Below, in pieces: positions 50,514 through 61,339 of a stretch of 64,000 bases of DNA. The notes beneath the pieces are model-generated. The model was not told the origin of the DNA and did no database searches. It worked only from the letters and a program-made list of their open reading frames with translations. The position numbers and the translations under genes are program-made. Positions within the stretch are counted from its first letter, which is position 1. Each line of letters begins with the position of its first letter. The stretch lies in assembly GCA_963817915.1 (NCBI GenBank), contig CAWFQL010000012.1, positions 160,001 to 224,000 on the forward strand, given 5' to 3'. Origin of the DNA: an uncultured candidate division Zixibacteria bacterium. Its GTDB lineage: Bacteria > Zixibacteria > MSB-5A5 > UBA10806.

Positions 50514-51456
50514 AGCTAAAGAAGTTATTTTAAAAGAAGCCGAATCGGTCAAGCTGATGGCCGATAGGCTCGATGATAATTTCGATAAGGCTATCGATCT
50601 GCTTTTGAATATCAAAGGCAAGGTAATTATTTCAGGTATCGGGAAATCGGGGCTGGTAGGTCGAAAGATTGCGGCCACATTATCGTCAACAGGCACACCG
50701 GCGTTTTTTATTCATCCATCTGAAGGTATTCATGGCGATATAGGGATGGTTCTTTCGGGTGATGTCGCCATCGTTATCAGCAAATCCGGCGATACCGATG
50801 AGATCATGCGCCTTCTGCCGATCTTTAAGAGACTCGAAGTTCCTATAATCGCCATCACGGGCGGCAACGGGTCCCCGTTGGCGGACGAAGCCGATGTAGT
50901 GCTCGACGCGTCAGTGGATTCCGAAGCCTGTTCGCTTGATCTTATCCCCATGTCATCGGCGACAGCAGCCTTGGTCATGGGGGACGCGTTAGCGGCGGTG
51001 CTCCTGGAATTGCGCGGATTTACAATCGATGATTTTTCGTTCATCCATCCCGGCGGAGTACTTGGGCGAAAGCTTATCAAAGTCAGCGACCTCATGCATA
51101 CCGGCGATGAACTCCCGATAGTTAAGCACAATGCCGGTTTCAAGGACATGGTTCTCGCCATGACTCTGAAGAAATTCGGGCTGGCATTGGTAGTAAATGA
51201 CGATGGCAAACTGAAAGGCATTTTCACCGACGGTGATTTGCGAAGAATAGTTGAATTGCAGGATAACCCGTTCAAGCTGAAGGCCGGAGAGGTCGTGCGC
51301 GGCAATCCGAAGCAGATTTCTGCCGATGAATTAGGCGCAACTGCGGTCGCGATAATGGAAGAATTCAAGATTACCAGTCTCGTAGTGCTTGATGATGACC
51401 ATCGACCAATCGGCTTGATTCATCTTCATGACCTGCTTAAAGCGAAAGTCGTATGA
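50485..51456 (+). CDS. kdsD: Arabinose-5-phosphate isomerase (KpsF/GutQ)
   Basis: GIGKSGLVGRKIAATLSSTGTP, HGDIG, HPGGVLG and a CBS pair. Confidence 0.95.
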   Translation: MILLSSLINKAKEVILKEAESVKLMADRLDDNFDKAIDLLLNIKGKVIISGIGKSGLVGRKIAATLSSTGTPAFFIHPSEGIHGDIGMVLSGDVAIVISKSGDTDEIMRLLPIFKRLEVPIIAITGGNGSPLADEADVVLDASVDSEACSLDLIPMSSATAALVMGDALAAVLLELRGFTIDDFSFIHPGGVLGRKLIKVSDLMHTGDELPIVKHNAGFKDMVLAMTLKKFGLALVVNDDGKLKGIFTDGDLRRIVELQDNPFKLKAGEVVRGNPKQISADELGATAVAIMEEFKITSLVVLDDDHRPIGLIHLHDLLKAKVV

Positions 51457-52397
51457 ATTCATCATTCAAACAGATCAAGAACGATCTCATTTTCGGGCTA
51501 ATAAAGGGGCTTATTATTCTTGTTGAGAGAATGAGACGAGACCTTGCGCTAAAATTGGCTACGATGCTGGGAGAAATCGCCGCCATTCTCGATGGCAAGG
51601 AACGCAGACTGGCAGAAGCCAATCTGAGGCGCGTATACGGATCATCATGGGATGATATCCAAATAAAGCTTGTCGCCAGAGAATGCTTCGTAATGATTTC
51701 CAAAAATATCGCCGATGTAATTCGTTCGCGTAACTGGTCGCCGCAGCAGCTGGAGAAGATGGTTGATGTCGAAGGGATCGAGAATTATGATCAAGCCAAA
51801 AGCAAAGGGAAGGGTGTTGTGGCCGTGACAGGGCACATCGGGAATTTCGAGCTATTGGCGGCCTGGTTTTCTGCTGTTAAAAAAGTGCCGGTCTCGGTGA
51901 TCGGGCGAAAATTATATGACGAACGACTTGATGATCTGGTCGTAGAACATCGAGAGAAGTGGGGCATGGAGAATATACCATCCGACGCGCCGGCCCGACG
52001 TTTTCTCGATGCCCTCAAGCAGGGACGCACGATAGGTGTCTTGATGGATTTGGATTCATCGAAAATCGCGGGATATTTCATACCATTCTTTGGTATCCCG
52101 GCAAAAACGGCGGCGGGTCCGGTTTTCATCGCGAGGAGGGCGGAAAGCCCGCTCCTTCCAGTAGCATTATACAGAACTGAGAATGATAGATTTCTTTTGA
52201 AAGTTTGGCCGATGTTCGAAGCGTCGGTTACCGACAATAAAGAAGACGATATTAAATCAGCATTATTGCGATGCAATAAGGCGATAGAGGAAATGATAAA
52301 TTACGATCCCACTCAATGGGCCTGGATTCATAATCGCTGGAAAAGCAAACCATCGAGCGCGGAAAACGTAAAAGGGATTTTGGAGGAAGTTGTTTGA
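51453..52397 (+). CDS. lpxL: Lipid A late acyltransferase (LpxL/HtrB family)
   Basis: GHIGNFE, IPFFG and PTQWAWIHNRWK; sits in the Kdo/Lpt cluster. Confidence 0.8.
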   Translation: MNSSFKQIKNDLIFGLIKGLIILVERMRRDLALKLATMLGEIAAILDGKERRLAEANLRRVYGSSWDDIQIKLVARECFVMISKNIADVIRSRNWSPQQLEKMVDVEGIENYDQAKSKGKGVVAVTGHIGNFELLAAWFSAVKKVPVSVIGRKLYDERLDDLVVEHREKWGMENIPSDAPARRFLDALKQGRTIGVLMDLDSSKIAGYFIPFFGIPAKTAAGPVFIARRAESPLLPVALYRTENDRFLLKVWPMFEASVTDNKEDDIKSALLRCNKAIEEMINYDPTQWAWIHNRWKSKPSSAENVKGILEEVV

Positions 52398-52981
52398 TCA
52401 GGATTGGCAGTGTTTCAATTTTGGCGATAATGTTAATTTCGGCAGCCTGCAGTAGAACAGACAAGGCCCCCGGGACGCCATCTTCTGCGAGGGTGCCGGA
52501 CTCGATTTTGGAAAAGGCTAAAATTATTTTGACATCCGCGGGGAAACGGCAGGCGGTAATTACGGCCGATACGCTATTTGTTTATGATAAAGAGGATTCT
52601 ACCATAGCGAAAAATGTCAAAGTTGATTTTTATAATGACAACGGCGAATATCAATCGACCCTGACATCGAAAGAGGGTCTGGTTCGTCAAAAGAAGCAGG
52701 CGTTCTCTGTCTGGGGCGATGTGGTAGTTGAAAACGATACGGCTCGGCTCGACACTCAATCATTGAATTGGGACCCTGAAAAGAATTTGATCACGACACA
52801 AGATTATGTGAAGCTCAATCGCAATGGTGATATTATCACCGGCTATGGAATGGAAGCCGACAACAGGCTTTCGGATGTCAGAATTCTGAGCAATGTATCG
52901 GGAAAGATCAAGGAAGTTCCCCAGTCAGAGCAAGCGTTGGACAGCCTCGAACGGGGGAAATCCAAGGAGGAGATTCCATGA
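52394..52981 (+). CDS. lptC: LPS export protein LptC
   Basis: Lipobox SAAC; VKVDFY, GDVVV, LNWD and ITGYGMEAD (FCB-type LptC). Confidence 0.82.
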   Translation: MIRIGSVSILAIMLISAACSRTDKAPGTPSSARVPDSILEKAKIILTSAGKRQAVITADTLFVYDKEDSTIAKNVKVDFYNDNGEYQSTLTSKEGLVRQKKQAFSVWGDVVVENDTARLDTQSLNWDPEKNLITTQDYVKLNRNGDIITGYGMEADNRLSDVRILSNVSGKIKEVPQSEQALDSLERGKSKEEIP

Positions 52982-53736
52982 GTTCCGAAAATGATTCAGG
53001 AAACAACGGGAAATCCATATTACGGTCGGAAAATCTCTTAAAAATATATAAAAAGCGCCGAGTTGTTAATGGGGTTTCGATTTCAGTCAAATCCGGCGAG
53101 ATTGTCGGTCTCCTCGGGCCAAATGGCGCTGGCAAAACCACTACCTTCTATATGGTCACCGGCCTGATTCGTCCTAATGACGGTCGAATCTTTATGGATG
53201 ATCATGACCTGACATCATTGCCGATGTATCGCCGGGCTCGTAAAGGAATCGGCTATCTTCCACAGGAAGCATCGATATTCCGCAAGCTGACAGTTGAGCA
53301 GAATATCATGGCAATTTTAGAGACGATGCCGATAAGCCGCAAAGTGCGCAAGGAGCGGTTGGAGGAGTTATTGACTGATCTCGATGTCAAGTCATTGGCC
53401 AAATCGATGGCCTATAATCTCTCGGGCGGAGAGAGAAGACGAGTCGAGATTGCCAGGGCGCTTGTGACCGAGCCCAAATTTATATTGTTGGATGAACCCT
53501 TTTCTGGGATCGATCCGATTACGGTCGAGGAAATCCAAAAGATAATTGCTCGTCTAAGGGATAAAGGTTTAGGGATACTTATCACAGACCACAATGTCCG
53601 CGAGACTCTTTCGGTTACTGATAGAGCATATATCATATTCGAAGGCGAAATACTTAAAAGCGGTACCTCTGAATACCTGGCTAATGATCCCGAGGCCCGT
53701 AAAATCTATCTCGGCGAGAAATTCAGGCTGAATTAG
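52978..53736 (+). CDS. lptB: LPS export ABC transporter ATP-binding protein
   Basis: [34 protein letters not shown] and TDHNVRETL. Confidence 0.96.
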   Translation: MSSENDSGNNGKSILRSENLLKIYKKRRVVNGVSISVKSGEIVGLLGPNGAGKTTTFYMVTGLIRPNDGRIFMDDHDLTSLPMYRRARKGIGYLPQEASIFRKLTVEQNIMAILETMPISRKVRKERLEELLTDLDVKSLAKSMAYNLSGGERRRVEIARALVTEPKFILLDEPFSGIDPITVEEIQKIIARLRDKGLGILITDHNVRETLSVTDRAYIIFEGEILKSGTSEYLANDPEARKIYLGEKFRLN

Positions 53737-53960
53737 CGGCTGATTGGCAGTATCACATTGATATGTAATCGTTTATAGGCGATTTCGCTCTTTCCAATGT
53801 AAAATAATTTATACTATTGTTTCGTTTTGGACTAAATTTTGCTTGCGTTTGCGGTTTTTCGTAGTATAATATTCGTAGAGTTGTCAAAGGCAATTCAAGT
53901 GCTTCCAGCGCAGAGCCGATAACTTACAATAGAAGGGAATTGCCTTTTAAGGGTAAGTCT

Positions 53961-55478
53961 ATGGCAAACATGAAGATAACACAATCGACCTCATTGAGAA
54001 CCGAGCTTTCGGTCAGGCCCGATCTGATCCAATCGCTTAAGTTATTGATGGAGCCGATCTTGAACCTGGAGCAGGTTCTCCGTCAAAATCTTGCTGAAAA
54101 TCCATTATTGGAAGAAGTCGAGGAATTGCCGGAGGAAATTACTCCTCCCGAATTCCGAGAGCCGGAAAGAAAAAATGAAGCCAATATCGAAAAAATCGAT
54201 TGGCAGGAATTTCTGGGCGAAGGCAACGAATGGGCTGGCGATGGTTATCGCGATCTATCAGAGGATAGCGACGAAGAAAGAACCAACCGAACCCAGGTAG
54301 TTGAAAAGACGCTTTACGATTATCTATTCGAGCAATTGGGCCTCACTAAGCTGCCTGACGATGAAATTGAAATAGGGTCCTATATTATTGGTAATATAAA
54401 TGATGCCGGCTTCCTGGCATGTGATGTCAAAAGCATGGCGGAAGAGCTACAGGTCGAGCAATCCAAAGTTGAAAAGGTGCTGGAAGTAATAAAGAGATTC
54501 GATCCACCGGGAATCGGTTCGCGCGATCTGCGCGAATGTCTCTTGGCCCAACTGGAAGAGCGAGGATTCAAAGACTCACTTGCCTGGATATTGGTCGAAA
54601 AATACCTCTATGACTTGGATAAAAAGAGTATCACACAGTTGGCTAAGATGACCGATTCTACTCCTGAGCGGATTCAGGCAGCGTTGGAAATGCTTAAGGG
54701 CCTTTCGCCACGACCGGCTCAAGGACAATTTGTCAAAGCGGCGGCGGCAGTCGTTCCGGATTTGATCGTGGAAAAAGTAGATGACGAATATCTTGTCTAC
54801 CATAACGACAGAAATCTCCCAAGGCTTCGTGTTAATCAGTCATATAAATCATTGATAAAGCGCGGCAATAAAACACCGGAAACCACCAAAAACTACGTGC
54901 GAGAAAAATTGGAGCAGGCAAGATGGCTGATTAACGCTATTAATCAGCGCCGCAGCACAATGATTAATGTAATGCAGGCGATTGTTGATGAGCAGAAGGA
55001 TTTTCTCGATCATGGCGAAGATCATCTCAAGCCGCTGACTATGGAGCAGATTGCCGATAAGGTGGGAATGAATGTCGCCACAATCTCCCGAGTTGCCAGC
55101 GGTAAATATGTGCAGACACCCCTGGGAGTATTTGAGATCAAATACTTTTTCAATACCGGCGTTTCCAATTCAAATGGTGAGGATCTATCAAAAAGAGTGG
55201 TAAAGAATCAAATAGAGGCTATTGTTTCCAAAGAGAATGCCGCTATGCCGTTATCCGATCAGGAGATCGCCAATATATTGAAGAAGGATGGAATCAATCT
55301 GGCGCGGCGTACGGTTACCAAGTATCGCGAGGAAATGGGGATTAAATCAGCGAGATTCCGCAAGCAGCTCGCCAAAAAGCCCCAGACGATAATTGTTCCA
55401 AGCTCCGAGACGATACCGGCCCCAATTCTGGTTCAATCAAAAGATCTATTTCAGGGAGACGGCGCTGGTGGCCAATAA
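53961..55478 (+). CDS. rpoN: RNA polymerase sigma-54 factor
   Basis: NPLLE, PPGIGSRDLRECLLAQ, TISRV, PLSDQ and RpoN box ARRTVTKYRE. Confidence 0.96.
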   Translation: MANMKITQSTSLRTELSVRPDLIQSLKLLMEPILNLEQVLRQNLAENPLLEEVEELPEEITPPEFREPERKNEANIEKIDWQEFLGEGNEWAGDGYRDLSEDSDEERTNRTQVVEKTLYDYLFEQLGLTKLPDDEIEIGSYIIGNINDAGFLACDVKSMAEELQVEQSKVEKVLEVIKRFDPPGIGSRDLRECLLAQLEERGFKDSLAWILVEKYLYDLDKKSITQLAKMTDSTPERIQAALEMLKGLSPRPAQGQFVKAAAAVVPDLIVEKVDDEYLVYHNDRNLPRLRVNQSYKSLIKRGNKTPETTKNYVREKLEQARWLINAINQRRSTMINVMQAIVDEQKDFLDHGEDHLKPLTMEQIADKVGMNVATISRVASGKYVQTPLGVFEIKYFFNTGVSNSNGEDLSKRVVKNQIEAIVSKENAAMPLSDQEIANILKKDGINLARRTVTKYREEMGIKSARFRKQLAKKPQTIIVPSSETIPAPILVQSKDLFQGDGAGGQ

Positions 55479-55491
55479 TCGATAAAAAAAC

Positions 55492-55520
55492 TTGATTATT
55501 AATTTTTGCTCTGATATAAT
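55492..55520 (+). promoter_or_regulatory. Sigma70-type promoter upstream of hpf
   Basis: TTGATT-17 nt-TATAAT with extended -10 TG. Confidence 0.6.
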
Positions 55521-55567
55521 CTTTGGGTTTTATTATGAGCGAATTGCCCAGACAAAAGCGATTGAAC

Positions 55568-55598
55568 CCGGTCATCAAATGACCGGTTTTGTATTTTT
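55568..55598 (+). terminator. Terminator-like hairpin
   Basis: CCGGTCAT-CAA-ATGACCGG followed by TTTTGTATTTTT. Confidence 0.6.
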
Positions 55599-55797
55599 GA
55601 CTGGAGGCGATGAAGCTTCAAGGACAGAAATGAGAGGATAATTGGTACAGCACAACCATTTCTTGACGAAGGGGCGCTCCAAGAGCCGGGAGGTGTCGCA
55701 AAGATTTTGATATTGCTTCGCATGTGATATTTGTTATCGGTTAATGGCATCTTTGGAGCAATCGGTCCGTCTTTAAATCATTAAAAAGGTGGTAGAT

Positions 55798-56151
55798 ATG
55801 GATATTAGAATAACCGCAAGACATTTTGAGCTTACTGATACTTTGAAAAAATACGCCGAGGAAGAAGTCAAGAGACTTGAAAAATATTACGATCATATAA
55901 TTGACGCCCAGTTGACCATGTCGGTTGAAAAATCGAGGCAGGCGGCCGAAATTCAGGTGAAGGTATACGGAACTCTCTTGACTTCTAAGGCCAAGGCTTT
56001 TGATATGTATATAGCGATCGAGCAGGTAATTTCCAAAATGGAGACCCAGATAAAGAAATACAAGGCCAAATTGAGAGACAAAAAGACAGCCCAGAAAGCA
56101 TCGTTAAAGACCAGGCCTGTTGAGAAGACCAGCGACGAGGAAATAGAATAA
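55798..56151 (+). CDS. hpf: Ribosome hibernation promoting factor
   Basis: IRITARHFELTDTLKKY and DMYIAIE..ISKMETQIKKYK. Confidence 0.92.
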   Translation: MDIRITARHFELTDTLKKYAEEEVKRLEKYYDHIIDAQLTMSVEKSRQAAEIQVKVYGTLLTSKAKAFDMYIAIEQVISKMETQIKKYKAKLRDKKTAQKASLKTRPVEKTSDEEIE

Positions 56152-56155
56152 TATT

Positions 56156-57124
56156 ATGCCGAATTTGACTATCGGAAAGCTTTTAACCGAGAGGCGCGAA
56201 TTTTTCGAGCTATTCCCATTGCTCGAAGGGGTCGGATATGATAAGGAGCTGAATAACAATCAGATTCATCGTCCGGGGCTGGCGTTGACAGGTTTCATAG
56301 AACGATTTCCTCATAAGAGGGTGCAGGTTCTCGGGCAAACCGAGATTGGATATTTGAATAGCCTTGGCGATCAAAGCCTGAGCGAACATCTCGACAATGT
56401 GTTTGCATTCGATATTCCGCTTTTTATCATCACCAAAGGACTGACTCCTCCGGAGATATTTTTGGAATACGCGCGGAAATCCGGAACAGCCGTATTGCAG
56501 ACCAATCTTTCGACAACCGAAATAATAACCCGCCTTTCGACATTTCTCGATAACATATTCGCCCCCCAGACAACTATTCATGGCACCTTTGTGGATGTCT
56601 ATGGTATCGGGTTGCTTTATACCGGAAAATCCGGCATAGGAAAATCGGAATGCGCGCTCGATCTGGTGGAGCGCGGTCATAGACTTGTAGCAGACGATGT
56701 TGTCAAGATAACGAAAAAAGCGCCTGAAGTTATTGTTGGCGGGGCAATGGAGAAACTCGGGCATCATATGGAAGTGCGAGGTATCGGGATTATCGATATC
56801 GAGAAGCTTTTCGGAATCAGGGCCATCAGGCTGCAGAAGAGAATAGAAGTTGAGGTCAGGCTGGAAGTCTGGGATTCCAGCAAGGAATATGATCGTTTGG
56901 GAATCGATGACAACAGGACATCAATATTGGGGGTTGAAATTCCGGTAGTCATAATACCAATATCGCCCGGCAAAAATATTACGGTTATCTCGGAAGTAAT
57001 AGCCATGAATCATATGCTCAAGGTCTATGGGGAAAATACCGCCCAGCGATTTATTCAGAGATTATCCGAGGAATTGGCCCGTCGCAAGACAACATTCTCC
57101 TATCTTGAAGCAGATATGGAATAA
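56156..57124 (+). CDS. hprK: HPr kinase/phosphorylase
   Basis: RPGLALTG, GKSGIGKSECALDLVERGHRLVADD and EVRGIGII. Confidence 0.96.
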   Translation: MPNLTIGKLLTERREFFELFPLLEGVGYDKELNNNQIHRPGLALTGFIERFPHKRVQVLGQTEIGYLNSLGDQSLSEHLDNVFAFDIPLFIITKGLTPPEIFLEYARKSGTAVLQTNLSTTEIITRLSTFLDNIFAPQTTIHGTFVDVYGIGLLYTGKSGIGKSECALDLVERGHRLVADDVVKITKKAPEVIVGGAMEKLGHHMEVRGIGIIDIEKLFGIRAIRLQKRIEVEVRLEVWDSSKEYDRLGIDDNRTSILGVEIPVVIIPISPGKNITVISEVIAMNHMLKVYGENTAQRFIQRLSEELARRKTTFSYLEADME

Positions 57125-57285
57125 TTTTCGCTTGCATCAAATTCGCATCAGCTTTCAAAAAGATGATCTGCCCTTAATTGAAAAACGATTTAATTTGCCG
57201 AATATAGTATAAGTAACTTGAACGGAACATTAATGATGGGTAACCGTTTCTGCAAAAAGATAGAATTTTGATCGAAGGATAAAAA

Positions 57286-59418
57286 ATGATACGATTGGTA
57301 TTCGGAATTCATAACCATCAGCCGGTGGGTAATTTTGATAATGTTTTCGAATCCGCGTATGGAAGCTGTTATCTGCCATTTTTGCAGGCAATTTCAAACC
57401 ATCCGGCGATAAAATTTTGCTTTCATACTACCGGTCCACTTTTCTACTGGATAGAAGAGCATCATCACGAATGGTTCGAACTTCTAAAGAAAATGATCAA
57501 ATCCGGCCAGGTAGAAATGATGGGTGGCGGCTTTTACGAACCGATTTTGAGTGTTATTCCCGAAGAAGATCAAATAGGTCAGATATTGAAAATGACACAT
57601 TATATAGAGCATCATTTCGGAGTGACCCCCAAAGGGATGTGGACTGCCGAGAGAATCTGGGAGCCAGGGCTTCCGACAACCATGGCGCAAGCGGGCATTC
57701 AGTATACTGTTCTCGATGATACTCATTTCAAATGGGCCGGTCTAAAAGATGACGATCTGAACGGCTATTTCATTACCGAAAACAACGGCGATCCGGTATA
57801 TGTTTTCCCAATCAGCAAGGTCATGAGATACAATATTCCCTTCAAACAACCTTCTGAGACTATTAAATATCTAAAGCAGCTCAATGATGAAAAGGGCGAT
57901 GTCCTGGTAGTCTATGCGGATGACGGCGAGAAATTCGGTGTTTGGCCATCGACATACGACACCTGCTATAATCAACGTTGGCTGGAGAAGTTTTTCCACG
58001 AATTGACTCAAAATTTAGGCTGGATAAAGCCGGTATTTTTCTCTGAGGTGATCGATGAGCTTCCGCCTGCTGGCAGGATATATTTGCCGACAGCATCGTA
58101 TGCCGAGATGGGCCAATGGTCATTGCCCGCCAATGGATTTGTTGAATACGACGAAATCGAAAAGAAGCTGAAGGAAGACAAATGGTGGGATGAGTATGGC
58201 TATCTTGTCCGTGGAGGATTCTGGCGCAATTTCCTTTCGAAATACAGCGAATCCAATAACATGCATAAGAAGATGCTGCAGTTGACATCGCTGATAAAAA
58301 AAGGCGCCGAGGAGCAAATCGGGGAAGACAAATTATCTCAGGCGATTGACCTCAAATGGCAGGCGCAATGCAACTGTCCATACTGGCACGGCGTATTCGG
58401 CGGATTATATTTGAACCATTTGCGCTATGCCACCTATTCAAGATTTATCGAAGCCGAAAAGGTGCTTGATAGCAAAAAGGACGATAATTTTCTCGAGTAT
58501 GATGTCATGGATTTTGACAAGGACGGGCAATTAGAAATAATATTGCGCAATAAGCATCTCAATCTTTATGTCGCGCCATACTACGGCGGTTCATTGTTTG
58601 AATTGGATTATAAACCAGCGTCGATAAACCTGCTCGATACAATGACTCGAAGGAAAGAAGGTTATCATTCAAAGCTTTCCCAGGCGAAAGTCGCCGATGA
58701 TAATGCCGCGGGGTCGATTCATGACCGGATTGAGGCGAAAGAGGAAGGACTCGATAAATATCTCGTATATGATTGGCACAAGAGAGTCGGCTTTTTAGAT
58801 CATTTCTTTGAATTCGGAACTACGCTCGAGCAATTTTCTCGAAATGAGTATAGCGAAAAAGGCGATTTCGTAAATCGGCCGTTTGAGGCGACCTTGAATG
58901 AGGACAAGGACAGGCTGATTGCAAGTTTGAAACGAGAAGGTCATGTTTGGGTTGGTAGTACGTGGGCGCTTGTTTATATTCAGAAAAATTATATCCTGAA
59001 AGCCAACGAATCCGGTTTCGATATTCAATATCTTATCGATAACAGATCGAATATTCATCTGAAGCAGTTGATGGGTATCGAGACTGCTTGGGCATTATTG
59101 GCCGGGAATGCTCAAGACCGTTACTATCATATCGATGGCAAAAAACTGGAACCATCGATTATGGCCTCAGCCGGGGTAATCAATTCAAATCGAATCGGCT
59201 TGCGCGATGATGCCTTTGGATATGATATCAATATCAAAATTGACAGAACACTCGACTGGTGGCGTTTCCCGATAGAGACAATAAGCCTTTCCGAAGGCGG
59301 ATTCGAGAGAAACTACCAGCAATCGACAGTTGTGCCGATCGTCTCTATTGACCTTGCTCCCGGGCAATCGTTTGAATTTAATATTTCGGTAGAAATCAAG
59401 AATCTTGCCGGGAAATAA
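57286..59418 (+). CDS. GH57 alpha-amylase/4-alpha-glucanotransferase
   Basis: HNHQP, GGGFYEPIL, WTAERIWEP, DDGEKFGVWP, QCNCPYWHGVFGG and SEGGFE. Confidence 0.92.
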   Translation: MIRLVFGIHNHQPVGNFDNVFESAYGSCYLPFLQAISNHPAIKFCFHTTGPLFYWIEEHHHEWFELLKKMIKSGQVEMMGGGFYEPILSVIPEEDQIGQILKMTHYIEHHFGVTPKGMWTAERIWEPGLPTTMAQAGIQYTVLDDTHFKWAGLKDDDLNGYFITENNGDPVYVFPISKVMRYNIPFKQPSETIKYLKQLNDEKGDVLVVYADDGEKFGVWPSTYDTCYNQRWLEKFFHELTQNLGWIKPVFFSEVIDELPPAGRIYLPTASYAEMGQWSLPANGFVEYDEIEKKLKEDKWWDEYGYLVRGGFWRNFLSKYSESNNMHKKMLQLTSLIKKGAEEQIGEDKLSQAIDLKWQAQCNCPYWHGVFGGLYLNHLRYATYSRFIEAEKVLDSKKDDNFLEYDVMDFDKDGQLEIILRNKHLNLYVAPYYGGSLFELDYKPASINLLDTMTRRKEGYHSKLSQAKVADDNAAGSIHDRIEAKEEGLDKYLVYDWHKRVGFLDHFFEFGTTLEQFSRNEYSEKGDFVNRPFEATLNEDKDRLIASLKREGHVWVGSTWALVYIQKNYILKANESGFDIQYLIDNRSNIHLKQLMGIETAWALLAGNAQDRYYHIDGKKLEPSIMASAGVINSNRIGLRDDAFGYDINIKIDRTLDWWRFPIETISLSEGGFERNYQQSTVVPIVSIDLAPGQSFEFNISVEIKNLAGK

Positions 59419-59902
59419 TCCGCGGCCATTGGCCAATAATATTATCATCGGGTATATGCTTTTTTAAATCTGCCAGCAGATTTTTATAATGGCTGCCTTT
59501 CCAGTAAAATCTCTGGCATGCCGGGCACTGTTTTATGATTTCCTGAGTTTTTCGAATGAATGGGAAAACTTGATGGGCAATTTTGGTTTTATCTACAATC
59601 ACGCAGAGTTCATTGCATCGTGAGCAACGTTCGAATAGCAGAGTAGTATCGATTTTCAACGAAAGCGAAATTATCAGGTTGTGAAGTTGGTCAAATGGGC
59701 TGTCATTTTCTACCAGCAATAATCCGTATGGATGGGTCAGTGATTCCAGATGATGATTGCGAGTGATGAGTAGCCGCTTTTCGGCAGAGGCGCGGCGCAT
59801 CAATTCGGCATCATCGATTTCGCTGTCGAAATAAGTGTCGAAACCGAGAATGCGCAAATATTTAGCCAATTTGCCGAGATTGTCATCGCAGATAAATTTC
59901 AT
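59396..59902 (-). CDS. Mut7-C RNase domain protein
   Basis: KFICDDNLGKLAKYLRILGFDT, RCSRCN and CPACQRFYWKGSH. Confidence 0.9.
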   Translation of the reverse strand: MKFICDDNLGKLAKYLRILGFDTYFDSEIDDAELMRRASAEKRLLITRNHHLESLTHPYGLLLVENDSPFDQLHNLIISLSLKIDTTLLFERCSRCNELCVIVDKTKIAHQVFPFIRKTQEIIKQCPACQRFYWKGSHYKNLLADLKKHIPDDNIIGQWPRIISRQDS

Positions 59903-59908
59903 GGTTGA

Positions 59909-59937
59909 AATCTAAGCTGGAAAATGGGGGTAGTCAA
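59909..59937 (-). promoter_or_regulatory. Sigma70-type promoter, likely leaderless
   Basis: Minus strand reads TTGACT-17 nt-TAGATT-6 nt-ATG (59902). Confidence 0.55.
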
Positions 59938-60016
59938 GAAAACCGGGGTAAATTCGGACAGTTTTTGCTTGACTAAATCGGCTATGTGGCTATTATTAGT
60001 TTCTGTTTTGGCTTAT

Positions 60017-60088
60017 GGGGGTGTAGCTCAGTGGTAGAGCATCTGCCTTTTAAGCAGGTGGCCGATGGTTCAATCCCATCCACCCTCA
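60017..60088 (+). tRNA. tRNA-Lys (UUU)
   Basis: Full cloverleaf with acceptor GGGGGTG/CACCCTC, anticodon loop CTTTTAA and T-loop TTCAATC; CCA not encoded. Confidence 0.93.
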
Positions 60089-60109
60089 TTTTAATGACAT
60101 CGATTTGAT

Positions 60110-60182
<73 letters not shown>

Positions 60183-60229
60183 TATTTTATTTGCGATAAT
60201 CCAACTCAATCTATTATAATTAGTCTACG

Positions 60230-61270
60230 ATGCATTTCATCTCATTAATGCGATTAAGATTATTAACATTATTGGCTTTTTTCTTTATCTTTGTCTCTTG
60301 TGGATCGGTAATACATACAATGCCACCTAGGCCTCTTGCCCTCCATGAATTTCGGGGCAATTTTGTAATAAGCCATGAAATGAGCGGCCTCGGGCCATTT
60401 TCTATAGGGTTAAACTTTTACTGGGGTGTTGGCAAAGATGTCAACTTGGGACTTGGAATCCAACCACCTATTGGATTATCTCACCTAACTCTTGCGAAAT
60501 ATTATAAATCAAATGAGCGCTCATCTTGGTGCGCTTTTACAAGTATAAATGGAATCTTTTTGACTTTTGACGAATCTCCAAATTTCGATTTTGGGGCAAG
60601 CCTAATTATAAGGGACGGCAGAGCATATCATTCATTTTCGTCAGGCATCTGGGTCTTTTACGATGATTATTTGCCCGAATCAATTTCAAAATTCTACTTT
60701 TCTGATTCTATGCCTGCGGTGCAATTCAGACCTAAACCACGCCCTTTCTGGGCTTATGAATTTCAATATGATAGGACAATACTGTCAATTAAGAACTATA
60801 TGGGATTTGCCAATAAGGTCATTGGCTGGGAAAGAAAGCAAATTGATCAAAACCCCGAAATCACAATTCGAAATTCTGATATTTCCTTTTTTGATAATGA
60901 TCGTTTCGGCTATTCGATTAGGTTGAATGATAGAACTAGGATATCTATTACTTCTGTAACTTCGGGAGATCTCATTTTGCCCTTTTTCCCGACCTTAGGA
61001 CTGATACGTTTACCATATTCTGATTCTCTGGAAATATGCTGGGTTCATGTATACCAACCAAATGGAAAGATTGTCCGACGTGAAAAAAATTATAATAATG
61101 ACATTTATGAATTAAATTTAGATAAAATTAAACGGGACTATATCCAAAAAAAGGATATAGTAATAGCACCCGTTCCGGAAAGATCCCGAGAAATTCTTAA
61201 ACGTATCCATTGGTACAAGCATGATTGGTCAATCGCTATTGGAACAACTGTGAAAGACAGTAAGGACTAA
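60230..61270 (+). CDS. Hypothetical lipoprotein, sole cargo of the islet
   Basis: 346-aa ORF with FVSC lipobox; visibly AT-rich. Confidence 0.7.
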   Translation: MHFISLMRLRLLTLLAFFFIFVSCGSVIHTMPPRPLALHEFRGNFVISHEMSGLGPFSIGLNFYWGVGKDVNLGLGIQPPIGLSHLTLAKYYKSNERSSWCAFTSINGIFLTFDESPNFDFGASLIIRDGRAYHSFSSGIWVFYDDYLPESISKFYFSDSMPAVQFRPKPRPFWAYEFQYDRTILSIKNYMGFANKVIGWERKQIDQNPEITIRNSDISFFDNDRFGYSIRLNDRTRISITSVTSGDLILPFFPTLGLIRLPYSDSLEICWVHVYQPNGKIVRREKNYNNDIYELNLDKIKRDYIQKKDIVIAPVPERSREILKRIHWYKHDWSIAIGTTVKDSKD

Positions 61271-61288
61271 TCCAATAATTCTATTATC

Positions 61289-61339
61289 CTCTTAATCAGC
61301 GAGTCGAAGGTTCGAGTCCTTCAAGGCGCATATTTTATT
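61289..61339 (+). repeat. attR-like duplicate of the tRNA-Lys 3' end
   Basis: CTCTTAATCAGCGAGTCGAAGGTTCGAGTCCTTCAAGGCGCATATTTTATT; no D arm or 5' acceptor strand. Confidence 0.9.

Noticed and set aside
55520..55797. Canonical raiA motif RNA
   Set aside because: The position fits, but the conserved sequence blocks I recall for that RNA are not evident. Kept only as an unassigned structured leader.
61289..61330. Third functional tRNA-Lys
   Set aside because: Only the 3' half is present; it is an att-like remnant.
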